Shown: positions 12,912 through 26,417, counted from the first letter of the whole stretch. The stretch: 63,082 bases of DNA, filler included, from Octopus bimaculoides (GCF_001194135.2; 4 parts of 4 records of this genome joined end to end with filler, not necessarily neighbours in it); one strand, 5' to 3'. Notes: generated by a model from the sequence alone, not told the origin. Program-made: numbers and translations.

Positions 12912-13148
12912 TATCATCGTCATCATCATCTTTATCATTTTGATCTTCACAATACCACAGCCACCATAACAACTATCATCACCACGATCCCCATTATACT
13001 GCTATTGACAACACCACAAGCGTCATCCCCACCACATAAACCCAGGACCCCATTACCTTCATCGTCATGAAAATCCTCATTCATCATCATCATCATCATC
13101 ATCACGGACGTTATCATCATCGTCTTCCTCTCATCATCATCTCGCAAT
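12720..13148. repeat. Degenerate (CAT/CGT/CAC)n triplet low-complexity tract
   Basis: Seen directly. It generates the poly-D and poly-I ORFs, which are artefacts. Confidence 0.9.
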
Positions 13149-15889
13149 NNNNNNNNNNNNNNNNNNNNNNNNNNNNNNNNNNNNNNNNNNNNNNNNNNNN
13201 NNNNNNNNNNNNNNNNNNNNNNNNNNNNNNNNNNNNNNNNNNNNNNNNNNNNNNNNNNNNNNNNNNNNNNNNNNNNNNNNNNNNNNNNNNNNNNNNNNNN
13301 NNNNNNNNNNNNNNNNNNNNNNNNNNNNNNNNNNNNNNNNNNNNNNNNNNNNNNNNNNNNNNNNNNNNNNNNNNNNNNNNNNNNNNNNNNNNNNNNNNNN
13401 NNNNNNNNNNNNNNNNNNNNNNNNNNNNNNNNNNNNNNNNNNNNNNNNNNNNNNNNNNNNNNNNNNNNNNNNNNNNNNNNNNNNNNNNNNNNNNNNNNNN
13501 NNNNNNNNNNNNNNNNNNNNNNNNNNNNNNNNNNNNNNNNNNNNNNNNNNNNNNNNNNNNNNNNNNNNNNNNNNNNNNNNNNNNNNNNNNNNNNNNNNNN
13601 NNNNNNNNNNNNNNNNNNNNNNNNNNNNNNNNNNNNNNNNNNNNNNNNNNNNNNNNNNNNNNNNNNNNNNNNNNNNNNNNNNNNNNNNNNNNNNNNNNNN
13701 NNNNNNNNNNNNNNNNNNNNNNNNNNNNNNNNNNNNNNNNNNNNNNNNNNNNNNNNNNNNNNNNNNNNNNNNNNNNNNNNNNNNNNNNNNNNNNNNNNNN
13801 NNNNNNNNNNNNNNNNNNNNNNNNNNNNNNNNNNNNNNNNNNNNNNNNNNNNNNNNNNNNNNNNNNNNNNNNNNNNNNNNNNNNNNNNNNNNNNNNNNNN
13901 NNNNNNNNNNNNNNNNNNNNNNNNNNNNNNNNNNNNNNNNNNNNNNNNNNNNNNNNNNNNNNNNNNNNNNNNNNNNNNNNNNNNNNNNNNNNNNNNNNNN
14001 NNNNNNNNNNNNNNNNNNNNNNNNNNNNNNNNNNNNNNNNNNNNNNNNATATATATATATATATACGAAAACAAACACATGTGTATGTACATATACGTGT
14101 GATGCGTGTGCCTTTGTACTATCATTGTGCGGCGACGTATTATCATCATTTTATTGTATTTCTTTTATAATTTTCCGCTTCTATTAATATTTTTTGTTGT
14201 TTGCAATTAAATTGAAAACAACACTCTCCACTCTCATACCGTCTAACTTGAAATATTTTGATAATATTTCTTTAAATTATTTTCAGAGAGAACTGAAGGG
14301 ATAGAGATAGCGAAAGAAAATGAGAGACAATAGAGGATGTGATACAAGAAATTAGAGAATATCAGAACATGCGAGGTAGACGAACTATTGTAAATAAGCA
14401 AGTGAAATAAATCAATATTTATGATATAAAGCAGACTTGTCAAATGATGAGTATATACTACCATATATTCATTTAAGCATTCGAATTGCCAGTTTTAGTT
14501 GAGATATATAACGAACGCCAGACTACATTAATATTAAGTTATGAATCTGTATGCGATTTGACAAAGATGTACCTGCTCACGTATATAGAAAAAAATATGA
14601 AAATCAGTAACTCAAAGCGGAAATTGTAGGTCATTTCAGGGGTGATATGTTCTTTCAACTGCTACTTCTTTTGGCCAAACCGATAGACCGGAATGAGAGT
14701 TTATTTGAACAAATCTATCATAATACTTATCATTTTAATGCTTGGTTCTTTTTCTGTCTGCTTCGTATGCCCGACCGCTAATTTGAAAGAGAACTTAAAC
14801 TAACATCGGTTTTCAAGCGGTGTTGCGAACCAAATACTAATATAAATACACACACGCAAATAAATATCTAGGCACAACTGCGCACGCACACACAATCACA
14901 CACANNNNNNNNNNNNNNNNNNNNNNNNNNNNNNNNNNNNNNNNNNNNNNNNNNNNNNNNNNNNNNNNNNNNNNNNNNNNNNNNNNNNNNNNNNNNNNNN
15001 NNNNNNNNNNNNNNNNNNNNNNNNNNNNNNNNNNNNNNNNNNNNNNNNNNNNNNNNNNNNNNNNNNNNNNNNNNNNNNNNNNNNNNNNNNNNNNNNNNNN
15101 NNNNNNNNNNNNNNNNNNNNNNNNNNNNNNNNNNNNNNNNNNNNNNNNNNNNNNNNNNNNNNNNNNNNNNNNNNNNNNNNNNNNNNNNNNNNNNNNNNNN
15201 NNNNNNNNNNNNNNNNNNNNNNNNNNNNNNNNNNNNNNNNNNNNNNNNNNNNNNNNNNNNNNNNNNNNNNNNNNNNNNNNNNNNNNNNNNNNNNNNNNNN
15301 NNNNNNNNNNNNNNNNNNNNNNNNNNNNNNNNNNNNNNNNNNNNNNNNNNNNNNNNNNNNNNNNNNNNNNNNNNNNNNNNNNNNNNNNNNNNNNNNNNNN
15401 NNNNNNNNNNNNNNNNNNNNNNNNNNNNNNNNNNNNNNNNNNNNNNNNNNNNNNNNNNNNNNNNNNNNNNNNNNNNNNNNNNNNNNNNNNNNNNNNNNNN
15501 NNNNNNNNNNNNNNNNNNNNNNNNNNNNNNNNNNNNNNNNNNNNNNNNNNNNNNNNNNNNNNNNNNNNNNNNNNNNNNNNNNNNNNNNNNNNNNNNNNNN
15601 NNNNNNNNNNNNNNNNNNNNNNNNNNNNNNNNNNNNNNNNNNNNNNNNNNNNNNNNNNNNNNNNNNNNNNNNNNNNNNNNNNNNNNNNNNNNNNNNNNNN
15701 NNNNNNNNNNNNNNNNNNNNNNNNNNNNNNNNNNNNNNNNNNNNNNNNNNNNNNNATATATATATATATATATACTGGTACTTGTGGATGGTCATGTTGC
15801 CAGTTTAGCCAATAAAAACACACGCACTGTATATTTGGTGTTAATTTGCTTCAGCTTTGTATTACATTATATTACATTAATTCTATTTC

Positions 15890-15934
15890 GGCCAGAGTTC
15901 TTTCGTCACACTTCTGTGACTTCATCAGTGGTCC
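15890..15934 (-). ncRNA. Minimal type I hammerhead ribozyme motif, catalytic core intact
   Basis: Minus strand: GGACCA-CUGAUGA-A-GUCACA(GAAG)UGUGAC-GAAA-GAAC-UC/UGGCC. Boxes CUGAUGA and GAAA, 6-bp stem II, CUC cleavage triplet, stem I CCA/UGG plus GG/CC. Confidence 0.75.
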
Positions 15935-16257
15935 TTTGCTTTCTTCTTTCTTATCTGTGTCCCACCTTGCTAACTATCAGCCATTTTGTATTTTGTATTC
16001 CTTTTGTATGTGTCTACGCATGCGTATCCTCAATGTGTGTCTATGTTTTGTAAGTGCATGTGTGTGTATGGGGAGTGCCTGTTTTATCTATATCCTCTGT
16101 TATTACATGTTGGTGTATTTTTGTTTTTATTTATTTATTTGTTCATGTGTTTATACCTCCTTTGTTTTTGTATTTTATTTAGTTTTGTTAACGTATGTAG
16201 TATTTAATTCCATTTGATTATCTATGTATTGTATTGTATTATATTTTGTTCATATTG

Positions 16258-17050
16258 TTATTGGTTTATCGGGAATTTATTGTCATATGTTGTGGTTTGT
16301 TGGGGATGTGTGTTAGTGTTCCATTCCAGTTTCCTATTCAGGCTAGGCTTATCTTCTATTATGTGTGTAGCTTCTGTAATTTGTCTAAGTGCTGCGTCTC
16401 TGCTATGTGTGGATAAGATTTTAATTTCTATGNNNNNNNNNNNNNNNNNNNNNNNNNNNNNNNNNNNNNNNNNNNNNNNNNNNNNNNNNNNNNNNNNNNN
16501 NNNNNNNNNNNNNNNNNNNNNNNNNNNNNNNNNNNNNNNNNNNNNNNNNNNNNNNNNNNNNNNNNNNNNNNNNNNNNNNNNNNNNNNNNNNNNNNNNNNN
16601 NNNNNNNNNNNNNNNNNNNNNNNNNNNNNNNNNNNNNNNNNNNNNNNNNNNNNNNNNNNNNNNNNNNNNNNNNNNNNNNNNNNNNNNNNNNNNNNNNNNT
16701 GTTTCACCTACATACGTCGTTGTCTTGTTACTGCATCGTCCCTCTGTACATCTTATACTATAGACCACATTTCTGGTTTTACAGTTTGTTTTTTGGCTAA
16801 ATCTACATACAGTACATATCCTATCAGTGCAGGGGGTTCTACTAAAAGGGTATGTTCTACTGATAAGCGATTTGATAGGGTTGCCTGGCCTTTCAACAAC
16901 CTTAATTCTTAGCTGAAGTTTGTCTAGGGCCCTTCTAAAGCGGTACGCCAGTTCACCTCTAGGAGTGGTGTCGACGAACATGACGCTCTGGTATTTGTGG
17001 CTATCATACGATGAGTTGGCCTTCTCTATTTTCTTCTTAATCCTTTCAAT
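16258..17050 (-). pseudogene. Penelope-like GIY-YIG endonuclease domain (interrupted by N gap 16433-16699)
   Basis: IERIKKKIEK...SVMFVDTTPRGELA...PCTDRICTVC...CKTRNVVYSIRCTEGRC...YVGET [gap] IEIKILSTHSRDAALRQITEATHIIEDKPSLNRKLEW. It shows the VVY-C-YVGET GIY-YIG core, the RQI.EA..I Glu motif, the LN.K.EW end and a Cys-rich linker (Neptune/Nematis-like by inference). Confidence 0.88.
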
Positions 17051-17169
17051 GGTGTTCCATTGAAAGGATTAAGAAGAAGTATTAATAAGAAGGATTAAGA
17101 AAAGAAGATGTATGTGTGTATGTATCTATGTAGGTAGGTATGTGTGTGTCTGCGTTTTTGTGTCTTCGT

Positions 17170-18790
17170 GTGTCTGACAGCATTTCACTTGTTTCATTGA
17201 TGTTATCTTCCTGGTGTAGCACCGCTAAACTGCCTCAGGTTTCGCTATTAATTTGACAATGTATGTTGACTGCAGATGAGAGCAGTACTTCAGACGGCTG
17301 ACTACAAATATCTTCACTACGACCAGTATATTTTTCTTGCCCCTTGTGACATATCATCTTATGGTCGACCTTAATGAAAGACCTTTGCAAAATCGAGATA
17401 TATTATATCCACGTTTGAGAGATTCATTAACTCATTCAAGACCCAGACAAGACACCTGAGGGGAAGCAATATCTTAAAGGAAAGCAATCATTTTCATCCT
17501 GGTAAATCGTCCCATGATTTTTGCTGAAATGAGAGACGGTTCTATAATTTTTAGCTTACTGCTCTGCTATGGAGGGGACATATTTTGCCTTACTTTAACA
17601 TTTTGGGAAGTCTCAGAGTTGTGAGGAAGCTCTGAAGGAGAAACTGTAGCGGTTTTGTTAGAGCCACTTTCTTTAGAGGATTGCTAGAAATGCTTCAGGC
17701 CTGTGACTGATTTTGAGCGCATCTCACCAATGTTAGATTTTATATCTTTCTCCACTATTTTGATGTTATCAATAATTGCTATTTCTTAAGGAAGAGCTGT
17801 GTTGCCGAAGACCTCATCAGGAATAGCTACTTGCAAGTCCCTCAATAGAGCTGTTAGAACACTTGTATTACAGATTCACTACTTCACTCCTCCCCTGATA
17901 GTCTGCAGTCGGCGACTCATTTTCTGCGTACAGTGGCCATGTTTTGTACCGTACAGAAGCAGATGTTTTGCATATCTATAGAAGGAGTTAGAGTTTCTCT
18001 TAATATATTTGACAGCCCTGGCCTCTTTTCCTGGCCTCTCCTTTTCATGGGTGTGCCTGAGTTCATTTTTGATGTTGAGCTATGTTTGTTTGAGATAGAA
18101 TCGTATGCTATCCTTTAGTGGCCTATTTAGATGGTTTGAGATGTGTGTACGTCGTCCCATTAGAATACCCCTAACCTTGGAAAGTATACTTTTTTGCATT
18201 ATATTTTATGGCTTTCTCACTTGAGCAAACATCCTGCATATGTCGTGCATGGTTGTCATTAAGTGCTGCAGCATTATGTCAGTGTCTTGAGTAGAAAGAT
18301 TGGTAGACCAGCTTTGTTCCATGAACTCTTTTTCGATACCCTTCCAATCACCTTCGTGAAAGTTTAGGCTTGAGAAGAGTCAAGTGTTTCTAGTAGCCTT
18401 CATGTCTGTAGTTTTCCGCCGGCCATGCATTCTTGGTATTAAAATCGTCGGTGTCAACTTAACATTATGAATAAGCGCCAGGTTATTTCTGAAGCAGCGG
18501 TCCAGGACTCTTATTGAAATTCTTGACTGGAGCACTATTTGCTCGATTAAGATCATGTCTGTGAGATCAAGCTGAGATTCTGTATGTCACAGGTCATGCA
18601 GTGATATACCTGAGAGAAGGCGGTCTCCAGGTCATTCAACAATAGAGTTGTTGAAATCCCCTTGAAGAAGTATTTGCAAACTGTTATCGAGGATGATTAA
18701 TACTTCTTCAATTTTTGGGTGGCTCGTCTCGGATATACATTGCTAGTCCACCACGAGTTCTTTCTCTCCTGACTTTTATACATCCACGTT
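17170..18790 (-). mobile_element. CR1/L2-group LINE, internally deleted ORF2 remnants (APE endonuclease to RT C-terminus)
   Basis: RRERTRGGLAMYIRD and ILLQGDFNNSIVE (APE motifs); AVKYIKRNSNSFYRYAK (linker); NYRTVSH (RT start); VSRLKYCSHLQS...EAV*RCYTRKI (RT C-terminus, cf. SRLEYCSQLWSP...LEAVQR). Many stops and frameshifts. Confidence 0.85.
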
Positions 18791-19417
18791 TTTTTGTGTT
18801 AGTGCCATGCATGCTGCTTGAAAAAAAATTTATGCATACATACACAAGCACACATACACACAAACACACNNNNNNNNNNNNNNNNNNNNNNNNNNNNNNN
18901 NNNNNNNNNNNNNNNNNNNNNNNNNNNNNNNNNNNNNNNNNNNNNNNNNNNNNNNNNNNNNNNNNNNNNNNNNNNNNNNNNNNNNNNNNNNNNNNNNNNN
19001 NNNNNNNNNNNNNNNNNNNNNNNNNNNNNNNNNNNNNNNNNNNNNNNNNNNNNNNNNNNNNNNNNNNNNNNNNNNNNNNNNNNNNNNNNNNNNNNNNNNN
19101 NNNNNNNNNNNNNNNNNNNNNNNNNNNNNNNNNNNNNNNNNNNNNNNNNNNNNNNNNNNNNNNNNNNNNNNNNNNNNNNNNNNNNNNNNNNNNNNNNNNN
19201 NNNNNNNNNNNNNNNNNNNNNNNNNNNNNNNNNNNNNNNNNNNNNNNNNNNNNNNNNNNNNNNNNNNNNNNNNNNNNNNNNNNNNNNNNNNNNNNNNNNN
19301 NNNNNNNNNNNNNNNNNNNNNNNNNNNNNNNNNNNNNNNNNNNNNNNNNNNNNNNNNNNNNNNNNNNNNNNNNNNNNNNNNNNNNNNNNNNNNNNNNNNN
19401 NNNNNNNNNNNNNNNNN

Positions 19418-19448
<31 letters not shown>

Positions 19449-19449
19449 C

Positions 19450-19685
19450 CGGCGTTGTTGTGTTATAAGAAGCTTGCTTCCTAGCCACATCATTCCGGGT
19501 TCAGTCCCGCTGCGTGTTACATTCAGCAGGTGTCTTCTACTAGAACTTCTATTTGTGTGTATCTTTGTGTCTGTATGTGTCCCCAATCACGGCTTCACAG
19601 TCGCCGATGGTGTGTTTACATCCCTGTAATAAAGCGGTTTGGCAAAGAGGGGGCCGTTACAGAAAATACGAGGCCTGGGTTTGGA
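19450..19685 (+). mobile_element. tRNA-derived SINE, family B (internally deleted)
   Basis: Head AAGAAGCTTGCTTCCTAGCCACATCATTCCGGGTTCAGTCCC (B-box-like), internal (GT)-rich tract, and body GTGTGTTTACATCCCTGTAATAAAGCGGTTTGGCAAA shared with 22940, 41775, 45066 and 57725. Confidence 0.75.
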
Positions 19686-21639
19686 TTTGAAATTGAAAAC
19701 GTATCTTGTCAGCAGTTCTGCTGAGAATACATAGTTTTAAAGTATACCTTGAATATACGTTCATAGGCAACAAATATGTGATCCTGATAATAGAAAATGT
19801 TTGCACAATACGTATTTAGTCTTCTGTGTAACAGAGAACTCATTAAAATGCTTAGCTATCTTACTTTTATGTTATCTCTTAAGATAAAATAAGAGGGTGA
19901 AATGTAGACGTGATTATTCAAAATACAAACAAAAATTGGTAATCTGAAACAATAGCCAACAAATATACTACTGTACTTCACCTTCCCACATACAACATAT
20001 AGGCAACCATATACAGTGCTTAGTATCATTTCCATAGAAAGACGTATGCTTTTTTGATTGAAACCCGTATGTCTCACTATTTCACGAACTATCATATAAT
20101 ATGCTCAAAGATGTATCACTAACTCGCCTTTGGAAACAGTTATCCTCCACAATATTATGTGACTTAATTCAGCGACAAAAAGAGCAATCAAAATCAATGC
20201 TGTTATATTCAACAGTTATAAGTTTGAGGGTAAATATCATTAAAAAAAATCACAAGTCTTCCCCACATTTTAATAGGCTTCAACCAAAAAATATGTGTTG
20301 GAAATTTCATATACACTTTCTCTACAGGAATGATTAAATTTTCGAACCATTTTCAGAATCGATGTACGTATGTTACGTTTCCGTGTTCCTACATTCCATA
20401 CAACAGCTGAAAAATCTCGAAGTATTGAAATCGGTTAAACAAATGTAAATAAACATTGTATATATAATACTGGTCTGTAAACAGAATTTTCGTTCAGTGC
20501 TATAATGCATTATAGACCAAACATAGTTGTCATTTATTCAAGGAAGTGTCTTGCCGATGTTAAACAAATATTCTATACAATATTTCCGTGGATATGAAGA
20601 TTGAACACTAATATTTCTATAATTGCTGCGATCGTCAGTAACAAGTACATAGCTTCTTCACCGATCCACGAGAAGAATGATTATAAATACATTTTTAGAC
20701 TTTATTGTGATGATTTGAGCATTACATTGCACATGAGTAATCTCTTTCTTTCGTTGCTGTAACGGACTACTATCTCGAATATATCTATATGTTTTAGCTA
20801 ACACTGCGTACGACAACGGCGCTTCAAGATGGAACAGAGTATCACTCTTATTATTACACATACACACATATGTGTGTTTATCAATGTATTCATGTGTATG
20901 TGCGTGAGTTCGCTTGTATCTATGTAGTCATGTGTCTGTGTTTTGCATACGATATTTCTTTATGATGTTTTAAATTTTCAAATATGGTATCGAATAGTGT
21001 TGCATAAATTACAAATTTTGACAATTTGTACAACGCTAAAAGAAGGAATTTAATAACATAGAACGGCGAATGCATATAATATCAAACGGAGTCTCATGTT
21101 CGAAAAACAAAAACAGAAGATGCTGTAACTCTTGTTCATTTCTACGTAATAGTATTAAATGGTGAGCAGTTTCTTTTGGGAAGAATATTAATTTCAATGA
21201 AAGTATACTATCAACTCAGTCTAATAAGATTAAGTATTGCTATTATATTTAAATGATACAAGATTGTGTGACTTCAAAAAAAAAAAAGAAAAAAAGAAAT
21301 AACCCAAAAAACAAATGAAAATCAATAATATTTCATAATACATTTTAGGAGTAATATATTTGTCGTTATTATTTTTGTTTGAAATATAGAACAAAAAATG
21401 GGATATTTTACATGAATATTATCTGTAAAGTATCTTTGCTTCCATAACCAGTTAAAGGAATTTTGGACAAAAAAAAAAAAAAGAAGGAAGGAAGAAGTAT
21501 TGAAAAAAAAAAGCGCAAAAGAATTTCTGATTTAATCTCTGCGAATGAAGGTTTTCCTTGAAACATAATATGAAGTGATACAAAGAAGAGAAAAGTTGCA
21601 CAGTGAAATATACATAGATAGATACGTACAAACATGCAT

Positions 21640-21688
<49 letters not shown>

Positions 21689-21729
21689 TATCTGCGTGTG
21701 TGTGTGTGTGTGTGTGTGTNNNNNNNNNN

Positions 21730-21773
<44 letters not shown>

Positions 21774-21929
21774 CGTGCATGTGTGTGTGTGTTAGCAGAC
21801 AAGGAAAACATCATTGAAATGGTTTTAGGATATCGGAAGAACTTGCGATAAGAAAAAATAGACATACTGAATTGAAATTTATCGCATACACAAATTTCAG
21901 TTATAAAAGAATAGAAGATGAATGAACTG

Positions 21930-21968
<39 letters not shown>

Positions 21969-22939
21969 CTTATACACCCACCTACACTTATATTATATAT
22001 ATAAGCAACAGAAGGTAGCGGAGGGAAGAGTTATAGAAACAGAAATACATACAAAGAAACATACACACTTACATATTCAGGTACATACACAAGTACAAAT
22101 ACATACAGCGGCACATTCCTCCTTAACATTTGTAGATACGATCAAATTTCTTCTGCATTAATACAAGGTAGACATTAACGATGGAGATTGTATTAAATCA
22201 GTTGAAAACTGTTTTATTTAATGGTAAGATAAAAAATAATATCATCTTTTAAATGATTACTTAGTACTGAATCAATGTCTATAACTTCTAGAATTTTATA
22301 ATGGAGTGACAAACAGTTTGCATCTACATTACTCTAAACATAACGTACCACACAAAGATAATTCTAATTTAATTTAAGTATAAACACAAATACACATGAA
22401 CACACAAATAGAAACAAACTAGTATATTATAAGTTATGCATGTGTTTATCCGTAGGTATGTATGCACACGTATATTCACATATCCCCCGTAATATATATT
22501 TGAGGAAAGTAAATCTTGTACTAGAAGTTATGGTATTCATTAGCAGAAGCAGCACTGAATTTCCTATCAATAATCTGGAAACTTAACATAAACCAAACCA
22601 CATGTATTTGGTCCTATTGAGTGACAGGCAGCTATCTTAATTAATTCAGCGTCAATTACATATAACTTTTTAACCTATTACTTAACTCAAAATATATGGG
22701 CATGCATCACACCCATACATTCTAATTCAATTGTCGGTACAAACATACATGTATGCCATACATTTATGCATGTGTAGAGGGTCATATATATATATATATA
22801 TAAAACACACATAGCCATGCAAACACATGTGTATGTCATAGATTTTCTGCTTTGATTTACATGTATATGTACACACACACAGCGTACACAAATACACGCA
22901 CACACACATACACACACATATATATATATATATATGTAT

Positions 22940-23195
22940 TCTTTTATTTGTTTCAGTCACTTGATTGGGGCCATGCTGGAGCACCGCCTTAAATGGTGTT
23001 AGTTGAAGAAATCGAGTCCAGGAATTATTCTTTGTAAACCTAATACTTACTCTATCGGTTTCTATTTCAGAAACGCTAAGATACGAGTACATAAAAACAC
23101 CAACATCTGCTGTCAAGTGATGGCGGGGCGACAGACACAGACGCACAGACACACGCGCGCAATGGGACTGAACCCGGAACCATGCCATTGCGGTT
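22940..23195 (-). mobile_element. tRNA-derived SINE, family B
   Basis: TTGTTTCAGTCAC...GGCCATGCTGGAGCACCGCC (reverse tail) through GGGACTGAACCCGGAACCATG (reverse B box). Confidence 0.8.
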
Positions 23196-23484
23196 AATAG
23201 TCTTTATACATGTATACATATACAGGGATACAATCCTATATGCATACACACGCATGCAAACTTACACTCATATCTACATCTACATATTTGTATATGTATA
23301 TGTGTATTTATTTTAACATGTTTTTGTGTGTGTCTGTGTATGCGTATGAGTTTGTGTCTCTGTGTGACTGTGTGTGTGCGTGTATGTATGTTACGTATGC
23401 GTGAGAGAGAGAGTGTGTGTGTGATTGTATGTGCCTCGGACGTCTGCAAGATGATCATTCACCCACAAAGAACTTCAAGAACGT

Positions 23485-23553
23485 AGCTGTGAGATTCGAA
23501 ACTAGGTCCTAACGATTGGAGGCTAATACGCAACACTTTCCTCTCCGACAACC
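23485..23553 (-). other. Degenerate tRNA-like sequence (SINE head or tRNA pseudogene)
   Basis: Minus strand: GGTTGT...CTCCAAT...GTTTCGAATCTCACAGCT. Terminal 6-bp stem with wobbles and a B-box-like GTTTCGAATC; D and anticodon arms pair poorly. Confidence 0.35.
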
Positions 23554-25089
23554 TGGTTTTTTCTCACTCTGCATTTCAACAACTTATACACAGAATATTG
23601 CATGTTTGAAATGAACGCGTATATGTTTTTGGTATAGAGTATTGATGACAACTTTATACAGACATGGTTCCATTGAACATGCATTATCTGAATTATGGAA
23701 TATATAACAAAGAAATGTAGAAAAGCTTTCGTGAAATACTGATATTAGCAACGTTTTAGAAGTTACAAACACCATCATGTAAATTAAATTAAAATTTATC
23801 CTCGAGTGATTTATATACATATATATTTAATGTGTTGCCAACATATTGCATCTAATGGACCTTAAAGATAAGCAAGCCAATGAAGCGGAGGAAAATCACA
23901 TGAGATTGATGTGCAAATCCTTTTGTTCATATACGATTAGAAACACATACGACGGAGCAGCCTTTGTAACAATAATGTCTTACTTGATAGATTTATCCTG
24001 AATATATAGATAATTTTATTGGTTTATATGCATTACAAGCACACATTTCTACGATGCTTTGCGCGCGCGCATGTATCTATGTGAGTGTGTGTGTGTGTGT
24101 GTGGGGGGTAGGTGTGTNNNNNNNNNNTGAGTGTGTGTGTGTGTGTGTGGGGGGTAGGTGTGTGTGTGTGTGTAGTCTGGAATGTATAATTGTCTCTTCC
24201 TCATATACTGGAGGAGACAGATTTTCGTTGGCAATGTGAACAGCTAATACGTGTCATTGTCAAAGCTTAATGTAGACAAAATTCAGTAGACGAAATGCAT
24301 GAGACGTTCTCGTCAGTAACTGTTGGGAAGATCCTTGTCTCAGTGAAATACATATTGTGATTTTAACGCAACATGTGTATCAGGAGACGTTTTCTCAAAC
24401 AGAAACCACAAAATACTATTCACAATTAATAGATTAATTTTTCGCAGTTGAAAGAAATGGTAAATACTGGAAAATGATATTTATGAAGTTTCTTGTATAC
24501 TACTTTCGTAATATACAATTTCTTCCACGAGACAGGTATGAGACTTATCTAATCTGGTTTTAACAAAGAGAATCCATTTTCAAAAGTATTCTCCGTTATA
24601 TTGAACTGTGTATTTGCATTGTCGTAGATCATTCAAATGTAGAAATAAGAGTGCAATGCTCCTCACTTCTGCAGACGAAGGCAAAGCAGTTATTTAGTAT
24701 ACAGTTATTTTAATATGAGGCATTAAAGACATCATTTTATAATTCTTTTTATATATATATTTCCTATTAAATACTTTTCATATATTTCACATTCTTCTCA
24801 TCGTCTAAATCAAATAATTACATTGGCGAACTGTTGCCGCATTTTAGAGTTGGCAGCAAATGATTAAGGTAGATTTTATTTTATTTAAACCATCATCATA
24901 GTCGTCGTTAAACTACATTTTTTCTGTATTCAACTAGTTTCTTAGATTTAGAAGGTGAAGTCAAGATAATCTTACAATGTTAATATACTTTGGTCGTTAT
25001 TGTTAACTAAACATATAGGATCAATGACACGCACACACATCAGTGTGTATTTTTTTCTGCGTGCGTGTGTGTGCGTGGTGTGTGTGCGT

Positions 25090-25136
<47 letters not shown>

Positions 25137-26417
25137 GTGTGCCAGCGTGCGTATGTGTGTGTATGCTTTGTTTTTAAGCAACGTGAGTAAACTGTGTGCA
25201 GAGATCTGTGTAAGCACATACGGGTAATGGAGAAAGATAAATTGGAAGAGATAAACATGTATATATCACTGTTTATTGAATTAGTGTACAGTTCAAACTC
25301 ATTGTAGTATATGTTTACTTGAAATATTAGAGCTTGAGGGGAATTTTTGCAATCTCTATTAAGATACAAGAGGATGTTATTTGTCGGAATAAGTTCTTTA
25401 TATATATTATCTAGGCTAATCAAAGCAAGTTCGCAGGCGGTTAGCGCTTATACAAGGAAAATACTAAACATGTGGTACAATATACACTTACTGCTCTAAA
25501 CATATGAGATAATTCTTAATTTTTCCTGGATGAAAATGAGTTGATCAGGTTTTTGGGGGTTATATATATATTTTTATATATATATATGTGTACATATATA
25601 TATATATATANNNNNNNNNNNNNNNNNNNNNNNNNNNNNNNNNNNNNNNNNNNNNNNNNNNNNNNNNNNNNNNNNNNNNNNNNNNNNNNNNNNNNNNNNN
25701 NNNNNNNNNNNNNNNNNNNNNNNNNNNNNNNNNNNNNNNNNNNNNNNNNNNNNNNNNNNNNNNNNNNNNNNNNNNNNNNNNNNNNNNNNNNNNNNNNNNN
25801 NNNNNNNNNNNNNNNNNNNNNNNNNNNNNNNNNNNNNNNNNNNNNNNNNNNNNNNNNNNNNNNNNNNNNNNNNNNNNNNNNNNNNNNNNNNNNNNNNNNN
25901 NNNNNNNNNNNNNNNNNNNNNNNNNNNNNNNNNNNNNNNNNNNNNNNNNNNNNNNNNNNNNNNNNNNNNNNNNNNNNNNNNNNNNNNNNNNNNNNNNNNN
26001 NNNNNNNNNNNNNNNNNNNNNNNNNNNNNNNNNNNNNNNNNNNNNNNNNNNNNNNNNNNNNNNNNNNNNNNNNNNNNNNNNNNNNNNNNNNNNNNNNNNN
26101 NNNNNNNNNNNNNNNNNNNNNNNNNNNNNNNNNNNNNNNNNNNNNNNNNNNNNNNNNNNNNNNNNNNNNNNNNNNNNNNNNNNNNNNNNNNNNNNNNNNN
26201 NNNNNNNNNNNNNNNNNNNNNNNNNNNNNNNNNNNNNNNNNNNNNNNNNNNNNNNNNNNNNNNNNNNNNNNNNNNNNNNNNNNNNNNNNNNNNNNNNNNN
26301 NNNNNNNNNNNNNNNNNNNNNNNNNNNNNNNNNNNNNNNNNNNNNNNNNNNNNNNNNNNNNNNNNNNNNNNNNNNNNNNNNNNNNNNNNNNNNNNNNNNN
26401 NNNNNNNNNTATATATA

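Larger units (their letters stand above)
15790..17078 (-). mobile_element. 5'-truncated Penelope-like element (RT-EN linker, GIY-YIG endonuclease, 3' pLTR region)
   Basis: GIY-YIG ORF remnant followed by a 3' non-coding region that contains a hammerhead motif. The 5' end terminates in a perfect fold-back. The left boundary is approximate. Confidence 0.85.

Noticed and set aside
14694-14805. Signal-peptide-like short ORF (MRVYLNKSIIILIILMLGSFSVCF)
   Set aside because: Hydrophobic peptides arise readily from AT-rich DNA, and there is no supporting downstream exon.
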